Positions 18,161-26,062 of a stretch of DNA of 64,000 nt are shown piece after piece. The stretch spans positions 1,800 to 65,799 of IMG/VR virus record IMGVR_UViG_2684623061_000001; one strand, 5' to 3'. Source of the DNA: a virus. Its lineage: Duplodnaviria > Caudoviricetes. A program made the translations under genes and the position numbers. Position 1 is the first letter of the stretch. Each line of letters begins with the position of its first letter. The notes beneath the pieces were generated by a model. That model saw nothing but the letters and a program-made list of their open reading frames with translations, had not been told where the DNA came from and made no database searches.

Positions 18161-18193
18161 AGACAAGAGAACCGCCGCGCTGAGCGCGGCGGT
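18161..18193 (-). terminator. Intrinsic terminator
   Basis: ACCGCCGCGC-TGA-GCGCGGCGGT stem with pyrimidine-rich tail on the minus strand. Confidence 0.6.
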
Positions 18194-18200
18194 GCAGGAG

Positions 18201-18482
18201 TTACGTGATCTCGTACTCGCCCGTGGTCCGGTTGCAACGAACTCGGACGGCGCTACGAATCGGCGTGTAGCAGTCGATCCACAAACTGAGGCGGTATACG
18301 TCGCGGTAGCTCACCGCATGTCGGGCTAGGACGTCGGTCAGACCGATGTCCAGCAGATACTGCGCCATCTCAGCGTCGGTGGACGACTCATCATTGGACA
18401 GGGCGTCCTCGACCACCACGAGAACGCGTTCGGGTAATGAAACGAGGACTGGGTCCGGCCCTTTGATGTCGTATAAGTGCAT
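18201..18482 (-). CDS. Hypothetical protein (cassette 2)
   Basis: GGAG RBS; LSNDESSTDAEM motif; its upstream motif (copy b) is interrupted by the IS. Confidence 0.75.
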   Translation of the reverse strand: MHLYDIKGPDPVLVSLPERVLVVVEDALSNDESSTDAEMAQYLLDIGLTDVLARHAVSYRDVYRLSLWIDCYTPIRSAVRVRCNRTTGEYEIT

Positions 18483-18517
18483 CGTTTGTCTCCGTCTTGG
18501 GGAGCCCATGAACGCTT

Positions 18518-19887
18518 TATATGGACGCTCCCCATTGAGCAAGACGTAGCAGTTCCGGCATGTCGGAGGGTTGCAGTTTTATATCCGGCCTGTCGTGCAG
18601 GCGGATGCTTGCTGGCCCTGATGGAATTCGCTGATTCGCGCCTCATTTCATTCAAGAGCTCTAGAGCCCTAGCGTTCATTCAGGCTTGGCGAATCACGGT
18701 CCTACCTGCATGCCATCGCTGTCACGTACTTGCGCAATCGAACTAGCCCTCCAGAAAGAAGGTGGTGTGCTACTAAATTATGCGATTTGACTTGCGTAAT
18801 CGGATCGATATCGACGCGCATGAGCCAATAGCGCCCAGATGGTGCGAGCGATCTTGTTAGCGATCGCCACCACCGCAACATTGAACGGCCGACGCTGGGC
18901 TATCTTGGCGGCCCACGTCGGAGTTTCACTTTGACGGAAGAGCAAGCTTCGCGCGCCGTGAATCAGCAATGTGCGCACGTAAGTGTCCCCCCGCTTGCTG
19001 ATGCCAAGCAGTTGCACCCTGCCGCCGGTGCCGACCTGTCGTGGTACCAATCCGAGCCAGGCAGAAAATTCCCGAGCGGACTTGAACGCTTGCACATTGC
19101 CCATCGTTGCGATTGCTGCAGTGGCAGTCAGCATGCCGACGCCGGGGATCTCTGAAATTCTCAGGCAAGCGTCGTCCTGGCGGAGCCATTGCTTCAAACG
19201 AGATTCGATCTCGCGGACCTGCACGTCAAGGCCGCGAATACGGGCATATTGATCTCGCAACGTTTCAATCAGCATTCCAGGAAGCCGGTCGCACAAGCGA
19301 GCTAGCGCGTCAGGGAGATGCTTGTTGAGCCCGGCGCGCTGCTTTGGCATGACCTCGCCATACTCGGTGAGTAGCCCGCGCAAGGCGTTGATCTGTGCCG
19401 TGCGAAACTTGACTAGCTGCTGGCGCATGCGATGCAGTGCCAAAATGGCCTGTTGCCCTTCAGTCTTGATGGCAACTGCTTTGACTCCAGGCTGTTGCAT
19501 GGCCGTCCAAATCGCGCGGGCGTCTGCGGCATCGTTCTTGTTTCCGTGCACGAACGCCTTGACCTGCTTGGCAGGCAGTAGCACCGCGCGGTGACCTAGT
19601 GCTATCAGCCTGCGCGCCCAATGCTGGGAACCCCCACAGGCCTCCATGCCGACGAAGCATGGCCGGCGGTTTGAAAAGTGATCAAGAAACTTCGCTCGCT
19701 TAAGTCGCAGATTCACTATCTCACCAGTGGATGGCTCCACCCAGTGAAGTTGAAATACGTTCTTGGCGATGTCGACACCTACAATCGTCGCGATGCTGGA
19801 CATGGCTCTGCTCCAAAGCATGGGAGGTTTGGTCTACCACGCCGACTGTTATCGGCACGGCAGGAGCGGGGAGCGTCCATCCCATTT
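18518..19887 (-). mobile_element. IS110-family (IS1111 group) element, copy 1, 1370 bp
   Basis: 13-bp subterminal IRs ATGGACGCTCCCC at 18521-18533 / 19868-19880; removing it restores motif copy b (CATGAACGCTT|CATACCAACGGAACATCAAG). Confidence 0.93.
18778..19821 (-). CDS. IS110-family DEDD recombinase/transposase
   Basis: VGVDIAK, MEAC, KNDAADA, IPGVG, LGLVP..TGG, GISKRG. Confidence 0.96.
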   Translation of the reverse strand: MLWSRAMSSIATIVGVDIAKNVFQLHWVEPSTGEIVNLRLKRAKFLDHFSNRRPCFVGMEACGGSQHWARRLIALGHRAVLLPAKQVKAFVHGNKNDAADARAIWTAMQQPGVKAVAIKTEGQQAILALHRMRQQLVKFRTAQINALRGLLTEYGEVMPKQRAGLNKHLPDALARLCDRLPGMLIETLRDQYARIRGLDVQVREIESRLKQWLRQDDACLRISEIPGVGMLTATAAIATMGNVQAFKSAREFSAWLGLVPRQVGTGGRVQLLGISKRGDTYVRTLLIHGARSLLFRQSETPTWAAKIAQRRPFNVAVVAIANKIARTIWALLAHARRYRSDYASQIA

Positions 19888-20366
19888 CATACCAACGGAA
19901 CATCAAGTGGCTTGTCCCGAATGGAACGAAGGAGATGATCCAAGTTGGTCAATGCGGCCATTCGTCGCTTATGGTCCATGCCAAAGAACCACGCGCCCAG
20001 TAGCGCCGCCGTCCCATCTTCGGATGGATATAGGAAGAGCGTCGGACGTTCCGGCGTGGTCACCGCGATAAAGCGTTTGCGTCCCTCTGCATCTATTCCG
20101 ACGTAACCGGGCGGAACGTGTACTTTTTCGGGCAAGCGGCGAAAAAACTCCTCGTACTGCTCCGAGCGCGTGTATTGGATCACCTCGCCAACCACAACAT
20201 CCTCATACCAATAGAAGTCCTCATCTGAAAGCATGAAGGGCCAGTGGAGGATGGTGGGCGGCGGCCTGCAGATCCGGAGCGTCAGCACCTGGCCGACGGA
20301 AATGTCGCGAATAGTAGATTCACGCTCTGCGAGGGCCTGTATGGCCCTCTTGGAATTCTTCTTCAT
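19887..20366 (-). CDS. Hypothetical protein
   Basis: 159-aa ORF with GGAG RBS. Confidence 0.55.
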   Translation of the reverse strand: MKKNSKRAIQALAERESTIRDISVGQVLTLRICRPPPTILHWPFMLSDEDFYWYEDVVVGEVIQYTRSEQYEEFFRRLPEKVHVPPGYVGIDAEGRKRFIAVTTPERPTLFLYPSEDGTAALLGAWFFGMDHKRRMAALTNLDHLLRSIRDKPLDVPLV

Positions 20367-20389
20367 GGCTTAGGTCTCCGAAAAGTGGC

Positions 20390-20416
20390 GGCGGCCGGAG
20401 ACGGCCTCCGGCCGCC
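20390..20416 (-). terminator. Hairpin / terminator after the DUF3489 gene
   Basis: GGCGGCCGGAG-N5-CTCCGGCCGCC. Confidence 0.55.
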
Positions 20417-20423
20417 AATCAGG

Positions 20424-21095
20424 TCACTCGGCCTCGTCGCTGCGGCCCGTGCGCTCGTTCTCGGCTTCGGCCCGCGCTTCGGTCTTGATCCAGTAGACGC
20501 GCTCTTCCTTGCCGTTCTTGTCGCTGGTCAGCTCGTAGCCCTTCTTTTTCAGGGCGCCGGCAAAGAAGCCCCGTACTGAGTGCTGCTGCCAGTTGGTCGC
20601 TTCCATCACCTCCTTGATGGTCACGCCCTGAGGGCGCAAGAGCAGCGCGACGACTTGGTCGACCCGGTTCTGCTCCCGCTTCTTCTGCGGGGCGGGGACT
20701 GCGGAGCGGGCGTCGCTGGCGGGGGCGGTTTCGGGCTCGCTGGTCTCGGTGTTCGATTGGGCAGGCTCATCGCCGGCCGGAAGTGTCGGGTCGTCGGTAT
20801 GGTCGGCTTCGGTATCAGCGCGAACTTCGGCCTCGATGTCGGCGTCTGCTTCAGAATCGGCATCGGCATCAGTGTCGCTGCTCGCTTGCGGCGGGGTGCG
20901 GCCAACCGCCTCGTAGCCGGCGGCGGTGAGCGCGTAGCCGGAGCCGTCAGCGGCAATCAGATCCTCGCGCAGCAGGCCACGCACCACCGCCGTGCGCGCA
21001 CCGCCGCCGAGGTTCTTCGGATAGTTCTCGATGCGGCCATCGGTTTGCGTGGCGAGCAGGATCAGGGCGCGCTGGCTGTCGGTAAGCTTGGTCAT
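20424..21095 (-). CDS. DUF3489 domain protein
   Basis: MTKLTDSQ..GGGARTAVV..LLLRPQGVTIKEVMEATNWQQHSVRGFFAGALKKKG; AAGGAG RBS. Confidence 0.9.
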   Translation of the reverse strand: MTKLTDSQRALILLATQTDGRIENYPKNLGGGARTAVVRGLLREDLIAADGSGYALTAAGYEAVGRTPPQASSDTDADADSEADADIEAEVRADTEADHTDDPTLPAGDEPAQSNTETSEPETAPASDARSAVPAPQKKREQNRVDQVVALLLRPQGVTIKEVMEATNWQQHSVRGFFAGALKKKGYELTSDKNGKEERVYWIKTEARAEAENERTGRSDEAE

Positions 21096-21166
21096 TGCAG
21101 TCTCCTTGGTAGGTGATGGGCGAATTCGGGTAAGCGCGCCCCACTGCTGCGGGGCGCGCGGGGTGT

Positions 21167-21397
21167 TCAGCTGATCAGGACTTCGCCAATGACGCTGCGC
21201 ACATCGATGTCGCGGCTGGCGATGGCCTGGATCACTTCGTCCGGAAGCTTCTGCAGGAAGAAGGTGGCGCGGCGCTCGATTTCGCGTTGCGCGATATCGC
21301 TCCAGTCTTGGAGCACCGCGAGTTGTGCCAGCGCCGAGCGGTTTCCTGTGTTCAGGCCGGCGAGATAGTCCTTCAGGATTTGTGTTTCGTCTCTCAT
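21167..21397 (-). CDS. Hypothetical protein (cassette 3)
   Basis: GGAGG RBS; downstream of motif copy c. Confidence 0.7.
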   Translation of the reverse strand: MRDETQILKDYLAGLNTGNRSALAQLAVLQDWSDIAQREIERRATFFLQKLPDEVIQAIASRDIDVRSVIGEVLIS

Positions 21398-21430
21398 GTG
21401 TGGCCTCCGTGGCCGTCGTTGGTGTGGGGA

Positions 21431-21461
21431 CATGAACGCTTCCTTCCACCACGAAGCCAAG
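21431..21461 (-). promoter_or_regulatory. 31-bp repeated motif, copy c
   Basis: RC = CTTGGCTTCGTGGTGGAAGGAAGCGTTCATG. Confidence 0.8.
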
Positions 21462-21532
21462 CGAATACAGCGGAGAAGAATGAGCGTTCTTCATCGCGTA
21501 CAGCTGTTAGACACCTTCGGAACGCGGGAACA

Positions 21533-21554
21533 GAAAAGCGCCCCGTAGGGCGCT
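21533..21554 (-). terminator. Intrinsic terminator
   Basis: AGCGCCC-CGTA-GGGCGCT with U-tract on the minus strand. Confidence 0.65.
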
Positions 21555-21571
21555 CGGAGTGCTTCGGTAGA

Positions 21572-21970
21572 TCATTCGCCGCTGATAGCTGTCTTCGCGT
21601 GCTGAAGCCCCCGGCGTGCCAGCCGCAGGCCAATGCGGTACTCGGCATCGCGCGGGCTGGTTTGCAGGTGCTCATCTATGCCGCTGAGCATTTCCTCCAA
21701 ATTGGGCTCCGACGTCGACGCGCTCGCGTTGAGAAGGTTGAGAATCTCCGGAACATCGCGGGCAACATCTGCCAAGTACACTGCGTGGCCGCCGGTTTCG
21801 GCGAGCATCTCGACGATCGCGACGCTGTTCGCCACCAGCTCGGCGGCGGCCTCAAGCTCAGCGGCGAGCAGCGCGGCATCGCCTCCGGCGTTCAGGGCTT
21901 CGAGAGATGCGCGGCACTCTTTCAAAGCGACGATGGCGTTGCGAAATCGGAAGGTGTTGTTCGTGTTCAT
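21572..21970 (-). CDS. Hypothetical protein (cassette 4; RFRN family paralog)
   Basis: GGAG RBS; FRFRNAIVALKECRASLEAL resembles 23370-23627. Confidence 0.75.
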   Translation of the reverse strand: MNTNNTFRFRNAIVALKECRASLEALNAGGDAALLAAELEAAAELVANSVAIVEMLAETGGHAVYLADVARDVPEILNLLNASASTSEPNLEEMLSGIDEHLQTSPRDAEYRIGLRLARRGLQHAKTAISGE

Positions 21971-22002
21971 GCTGGTCTCCGTGGGTGTCGTTGGTGTGGG
22001 GA

Positions 22003-22033
22003 CATGAACGCTTCCTTCCGCGCCGAAGCCAAG
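22003..22033 (-). promoter_or_regulatory. 31-bp repeated motif, copy d
   Basis: RC = CTTGGCTTCGGCGCGGAAGGAAGCGTTCATG. Confidence 0.8.
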
Positions 22034-22102
22034 CGAATAGAGCGACTAAGAACGAGCGTTCTCCAACGCGTACAGCTGCCAGACAACTTCATCGAACGCG
22101 CA

Positions 22103-22127
22103 GAAAAGCAGCGCCCCGAAGGGCGCT
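22103..22127 (-). terminator. Intrinsic terminator
   Basis: AGCGCCC-CGAA-GGGCGCT, near-copy of the one at 21537. Confidence 0.6.
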
Positions 22128-22143
22128 TCGCGAGCGACGCAGA

Positions 22144-22539
22144 TCAGAGGATTCGGCGCTGCAAGATGGCCGTCGGGATCAGCTCCGTGCGTGCGCGGTC
22201 CGCTTCCCAGCGATTCCCAAGCAGGGATTTTTCGGGGATGGGCGCGGTGAAGATGGTTCTGGCGCCGGGGGTGCTCGGGAATTCGCTCGTCCCGCCCTCA
22301 CCGAGCCATGTGTTGCCCACCATCGTGTGCCGCTCAGTCGGGAGCTCATCGTCGGGGGTGCCGCTGCCGTTGGCGGCGCGCGCGCAGGCGGCGTAGCCAG
22401 CCAAGTAGGCGGCGGTCAGCGCTGCCTTAATACCCCAAACTCCGACGCTGGGGAAATCCAGCGAATCGCTACCTTGTTCTTCCAAGGTTTCCACGTCGAG
22501 GTGCTACTGCGCGATGGTGGTAAAAAGTTCGATGTTCAT
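22144..22539 (-). pseudogene. DUF6900-like gene with an in-frame TAG at codon 12 (cassette 5)
   Basis: GGAGG RBS then MNIELFTTIAQ*HLDVETLEEQGSDSLDF; the paralog has Q at this position. Confidence 0.8.
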
Positions 22540-22572
22540 GTCGGCCTCCGTAGCCTTGCGTTGGTGTGGGGA

Positions 22573-22603
22573 CATGAACGCTTCCTTCTCCGACGAAGCC
22601 AAG
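22573..22603 (-). promoter_or_regulatory. 31-bp repeated motif, copy e
   Basis: RC = CTTGGCTTCGTCGGAGAAGGAAGCGTTCATG. Confidence 0.8.
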
Positions 22604-22669
22604 CAGATTCCGCGATAAAGAACGATCATTCTCGGACGTAGACAGGCGTCGGACAGCTACAGCGGGCAG

Positions 22670-22697
22670 AAACAAGAAACGCCCCCGTTTGGGGGCG
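22670..22697 (-). terminator. Intrinsic terminator
   Basis: CGCCCCC-GTTT-GGGGGCG followed by TTTCTTGTTT on the minus strand. Confidence 0.7.
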
Positions 22698-22725
22698 CAT
22701 CGGTCGCGCTTCGTGCGATTAGGTC

Positions 22726-23115
22726 TCAGGCGATTCGACGTTGCCGGATGGCGGTCGGAATGAGCACGTCGCAGGCCTTTCGCTCGGTCCAGTGGTACGC
22801 CAGCAGCTCGACCTCCGGGATTGGTAAGGTGACCACGGTCTCCGCCCGCTGGTCGAGCGACCAGTCGGTGGCTTCGCCTTCGCCGAGCCAGATGCCGCAT
22901 AGCATGGTGTGTCGCTCGGTGGTCAGCGCATCGGCGCTACTGCCGTTGGCCGCGCGTACCGCCGCCGCGTAACCCGCGAAGTAGGCGGCGGTCAGTGCGG
23001 CATCGATACCCCAAGCCGGAACGCTATGGAAGTCCAGGCTATCGTTGCCGCGAGTCTCTAGCGTCGCTACATCCAGATGCTGTTGCGCGATGGTGGTGAG
23101 CGTCTTCTTGTGCAT
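22726..23115 (-). CDS. DUF6900-like protein (cassette 6)
   Basis: TTIAQQHLDVATLETRGNDSLDFHSVPAWGIDAALTAAYFAG; GGAGG RBS. Confidence 0.82.
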   Translation of the reverse strand: MHKKTLTTIAQQHLDVATLETRGNDSLDFHSVPAWGIDAALTAAYFAGYAAAVRAANGSSADALTTERHTMLCGIWLGEGEATDWSLDQRAETVVTLPIPEVELLAYHWTERKACDVLIPTAIRQRRIA

Positions 23116-23149
23116 GACAGCCTCCGTGGCCGTGCGTGTTGGGTGCACG

Positions 23150-23180
23150 CATGAACCCTTCGATTCGGCCGGAAGCCAAG
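23150..23180 (-). promoter_or_regulatory. 31-bp repeated motif, copy f
   Basis: RC = CTTGGCTTCCGGCCGAATCGAAGGGTTCATG. Confidence 0.75.
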
Positions 23181-23300
23181 TGAACCCGTCGTCATATCCA
23201 GGTTTTCACCGTCGCCAGACAACCGCTGTACAGCTAAGGCCGGATGGTTGTCTGGAGGCTAAACAGAACGGAAGAGCATTCGTTCTTCTCGCGATAACAG

Positions 23301-23331
23301 CTTGGCTTCCAAACAGAAGGAAGCGTTCATG
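23301..23331 (+). promoter_or_regulatory. 31-bp repeated motif, copy g (divergent from f)
   Basis: CTTGGCTTCCAAACAGAAGGAAGCGTTCATG. Confidence 0.8.
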
Positions 23332-23369
23332 TCGTCGCCGCACCGACGCGGCGACGCCAAGGACACGAA

Positions 23370-23627
23370 ATGCCGAACCTGTCGTACTGCCGGTTTCGCA
23401 ACACGCTGGTCGATCTGAATGAGTGCCAATCGGCGCTGGAGTCGTTGATCCATGATGAGCCGCTGATCCCACTGTCCCGCGAGGAACTAGCCGCCGCGAA
23501 AGAACTGGCGAGGACTTGCTTGGGCATCGTTTACCTGTTGTGCGAGGCCGGCGGTGAAGAGATTGCCGACGAGCCGGACATGGCGAAACTGGTCGAGAAG
23601 TTCAATAGAGAAGCGGCTGCACCGTAA
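23370..23627 (+). CDS. Hypothetical protein (cassette 7; RFRN family)
   Basis: AAGGA RBS; MPNLSYCRFRNTLVDLNEC. Confidence 0.78.
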   Translation: MPNLSYCRFRNTLVDLNECQSALESLIHDEPLIPLSREELAAAKELARTCLGIVYLLCEAGGEEIADEPDMAKLVEKFNREAAAP

Positions 23628-23643
23628 GCCCGGAAGAATGAAG

Positions 23644-23680
23644 ACCCCAGCGCCCACAGGGTGCTGGGGTATTCGTTCTT
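23644..23680 (+). terminator. Intrinsic terminator
   Basis: ACCCCAGCGCCC-ACA-GGGTGCTGGGGT then ATTCGTTCTT. Confidence 0.65.
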
Positions 23681-23746
23681 CCAAAACGTCGATCAGCCGC
23701 TTCCTGTCCGTCCGCTGTCTCGTCCCCGAGTTCTGCAGAGAAGTCG

Positions 23747-23777
23747 CTTGGCTTTGTCCCGAACGGAAGCGTTCATG
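23747..23777 (+). promoter_or_regulatory. 31-bp repeated motif, copy h
   Basis: CTTGGCTTTGTCCCGAACGGAAGCGTTCATG. Confidence 0.8.
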
Positions 23778-23815
23778 ACGACGCCGCATCGTCGCGGCTC
23801 GAAAAGGACAATGCC

Positions 23816-24346
23816 ATGAACAATAATGCGGCCTTCGCCGAAGCACAGCTGCGCAGCTTGAGCGATTGTTTGGAACGGGTACTGCTGTCCATCACGCCGG
23901 ATGAGGAAGCCGAGAACTGCCTGACGCTCTTCGCCTGCTACGGCCTCGCCAGCGTCCTCGCCGAACGCACCATCACGTTCCGGACCAACCGCCTCGGCGG
24001 CGATGTCCTTGAGCGGTTGGTGGAAGGTTGTCGGCAGGAGTTGGCCCCGCTGGAGTGGGGTGGCGATAAGGCGAAGGGCAGGTTGGCGAAGCGCCTCGTG
24101 CCAAGCGAAATCAGCGAAGACGAGATGACCCTGCGCTGGTTGCTCTCGACTATCGAGCGGTACCTCGAAGGACTTGAGCCGGAGTATGTGGCGCTTCCGG
24201 TGCATCAACTCCGGCGCGCGGTACGCGACGTCCGATTGATGCAGGTCTGGGATGTGATCGATGCCGGGTACCAGCCCAAGTTGAGGTTGGCCTTGCGTCA
24301 CTTGGAAAGTGCGATCGTGGGTGCGGAGTGCGCCCCGCGAAACTGA
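23816..24346 (+). CDS. Hypothetical helical protein (cassette 8)
   Basis: AAGGA RBS, 176 aa. Confidence 0.7.
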   Translation: MNNNAAFAEAQLRSLSDCLERVLLSITPDEEAENCLTLFACYGLASVLAERTITFRTNRLGGDVLERLVEGCRQELAPLEWGGDKAKGRLAKRLVPSEISEDEMTLRWLLSTIERYLEGLEPEYVALPVHQLRRAVRDVRLMQVWDVIDAGYQPKLRLALRHLESAIVGAECAPRN

Positions 24347-24456
24347 TCTCGCAGAAACGCTCGAAAAGCGCTTGGCTTCTGCTTGGAATGAAATGGGATG
24401 GACGCTCCCCGCTCCTGCCGTGCCGATAACAGTCGGCGTGGTAGACCAAACCTCCC

Positions 24457-25500
24457 ATGCTTTGGAGCAGAGCCATGTCCAGCATCGCGACGATTGTAGG
24501 TGTCGACATCGCCAAGAACGTATTTCAACTTCACTGGGTGGAGCCATCCACTGGTGAGATAGTGAATCTGCGACTTAAGCGAGCGAAGTTTCTTGATCAC
24601 TTTTCAAACCGCCGGCCATGCTTCGTCGGCATGGAGGCCTGTGGGGGTTCCCAGCATTGGGCGCGCAGGCTGATAGCACTAGGTCACCGCGCGGTGCTAC
24701 TGCCTGCCAAGCAGGTCAAGGCGTTCGTGCACGGAAACAAGAACGATGCCGCAGACGCCCGCGCGATTTGGACGGCCATGCAACAGCCTGGAGTCAAAGC
24801 AGTTGCCATCAAGACTGAAGGGCAACAGGCCATTTTGGCACTGCATCGCATGCGCCAGCAGCTAGTCAAGTTTCGCACGGCACAGATCAACGCCTTGCGC
24901 GGGCTACTCACCGAGTATGGCGAGGTCATGCCAAAGCAGCGCGCCGGGCTCAACAAGCATCTCCCTGACGCGCTAGCTCGCTTGTGCGACCGGCTTCCTG
25001 GAATGCTGATTGAAACGTTGCGAGATCAATATGCCCGTATTCGCGGCCTTGACGTGCAGGTCCGCGAGATCGAATCTCGTTTGAAGCAATGGCTCCGCCA
25101 GGACGACGCTTGCCTGAGAATTTCAGAGATCCCCGGCGTCGGCATGCTGACTGCCACTGCAGCAATCGCAACGATGGGCAATGTGCAAGCGTTCAAGTCC
25201 GCTCGGGAATTTTCTGCCTGGCTCGGATTGGTACCACGACAGGTCGGCACCGGCGGCAGGGTGCAACTGCTTGGCATCAGCAAGCGGGGGGACACTTACG
25301 TGCGCACATTGCTGATTCACGGCGCGCGAAGCTTGCTCTTCCGTCAAAGTGAAACTCCGACGTGGGCCGCCAAGATAGCCCAGCGTCGGCCGTTCAATGT
25401 TGCGGTGGTGGCGATCGCTAACAAGATCGCTCGCACCATCTGGGCGCTATTGGCTCATGCGCGTCGATATCGATCCGATTACGCAAGTCAAATCGCATAA
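24457..25500 (+). CDS. IS110-family DEDD recombinase/transposase
   Basis: Protein identical to 18778-19821. Confidence 0.96.
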   Translation: MLWSRAMSSIATIVGVDIAKNVFQLHWVEPSTGEIVNLRLKRAKFLDHFSNRRPCFVGMEACGGSQHWARRLIALGHRAVLLPAKQVKAFVHGNKNDAADARAIWTAMQQPGVKAVAIKTEGQQAILALHRMRQQLVKFRTAQINALRGLLTEYGEVMPKQRAGLNKHLPDALARLCDRLPGMLIETLRDQYARIRGLDVQVREIESRLKQWLRQDDACLRISEIPGVGMLTATAAIATMGNVQAFKSAREFSAWLGLVPRQVGTGGRVQLLGISKRGDTYVRTLLIHGARSLLFRQSETPTWAAKIAQRRPFNVAVVAIANKIARTIWALLAHARRYRSDYASQIA

Positions 25501-25539
25501 TTTAGTAGCACACCACCTTCTTTCTGGAGGGCTAGTTCG

Positions 25540-25745
25540 ATTGCGCAAGTACGTGACAGCGATGGCATGCAGGTAGGACCGTGATTCGCCAAGCCTGAAT
25601 GAACGCTAGGGCTCTAGAGCTCTTGAATGAAATGAGGCGCGAATCAGCGAATTCCATCAGGGCCAGCAGGCATCCGCCTGCACGACAGGCCGGATATAAA
25701 ACTGCAACCCTCCGACATGCCGGAACTGCTACGTCTTGCTCAATG
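25540..25745 (+). ncRNA. Predicted bridge/seek RNA of the IS1111 element (ends approximate; second copy on the minus strand at ~18533-18738)
   Basis: Long non-coding right end; stem TGATTCGC/GCGAATCA encloses ATGAACGCT and GAATGAA (target matches); ATTCCAT and ATATAAAA match the circle junction. Confidence 0.78.
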
Positions 25746-25768
25746 GGGAGCGTCCATATAAAGCGTTC

Positions 25769-26050
25769 ATGTCGTCGCCGCAACAACGCGGCGCAACGAG
25801 GAGCGCAGAACGGGACTTTCGCAGCACGGCTAAGCAGTTGGAGCGATTCGAGGTCTCCCTGCATGATTTACTGCACTGGGACGACACCTTGCAGCTGGAG
25901 TTGGACGACCTATTGGCGGCGCGAACAATGGCGTCTAGTTGCTGGGCAATCGTGAAGATGCTGTGCGAGCACGCGCGCATTGAACTGCCGAGCGAACCCG
26001 ATTGGTTTGCGATTCTGGACGAGGTCAACGAGGCGGCGGCGGTTCCCTAA
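25769..26050 (+). CDS. Hypothetical protein (cassette 9; RFRN family paralog), start uncertain
   Basis: DFRSTAKQL...AARTMASSCWAIVKMLCE..EPDW..NEAAAVP aligns with 23370-23627. Confidence 0.6.
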   Translation: MSSPQQRGATRSAERDFRSTAKQLERFEVSLHDLLHWDDTLQLELDDLLAARTMASSCWAIVKMLCEHARIELPSEPDWFAILDEVNEAAAVP

Positions 26051-26062
26051 CGCGGAGTAGGA

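Larger units (their letters stand above)
24391..25760 (+). mobile_element. IS110-family (IS1111 group) element, copy 2, 1370 bp
   Basis: Inverted near-identical copy of 18518-19887; removing it restores motif copy i (CTTGGCTTCTGCTTGGAATG|AAGCGTTCATG). Confidence 0.93.

Noticed and set aside
18103-22632. GAAC-N4-GTTC palindromes as host LexA boxes
   Set aside because: That box is the Gram-positive type and the host appears proteobacterial; a phage regulator is more plausible
18021-25771. The 31-bp repeats as a CRISPR array or integron attC sites
   Set aside because: Spacing is 0.4-3 kb with whole genes between; no cas genes or tyrosine integrase; no RYYYAAC/GTTRRRY ends; constant position upstream of RBSs fits a promoter
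18021-25771. The ATG in the motif as a common start codon
   Set aside because: In frame with the downstream ORF in only 5 of 9 copies, and most ORFs have their own RBS and ATG
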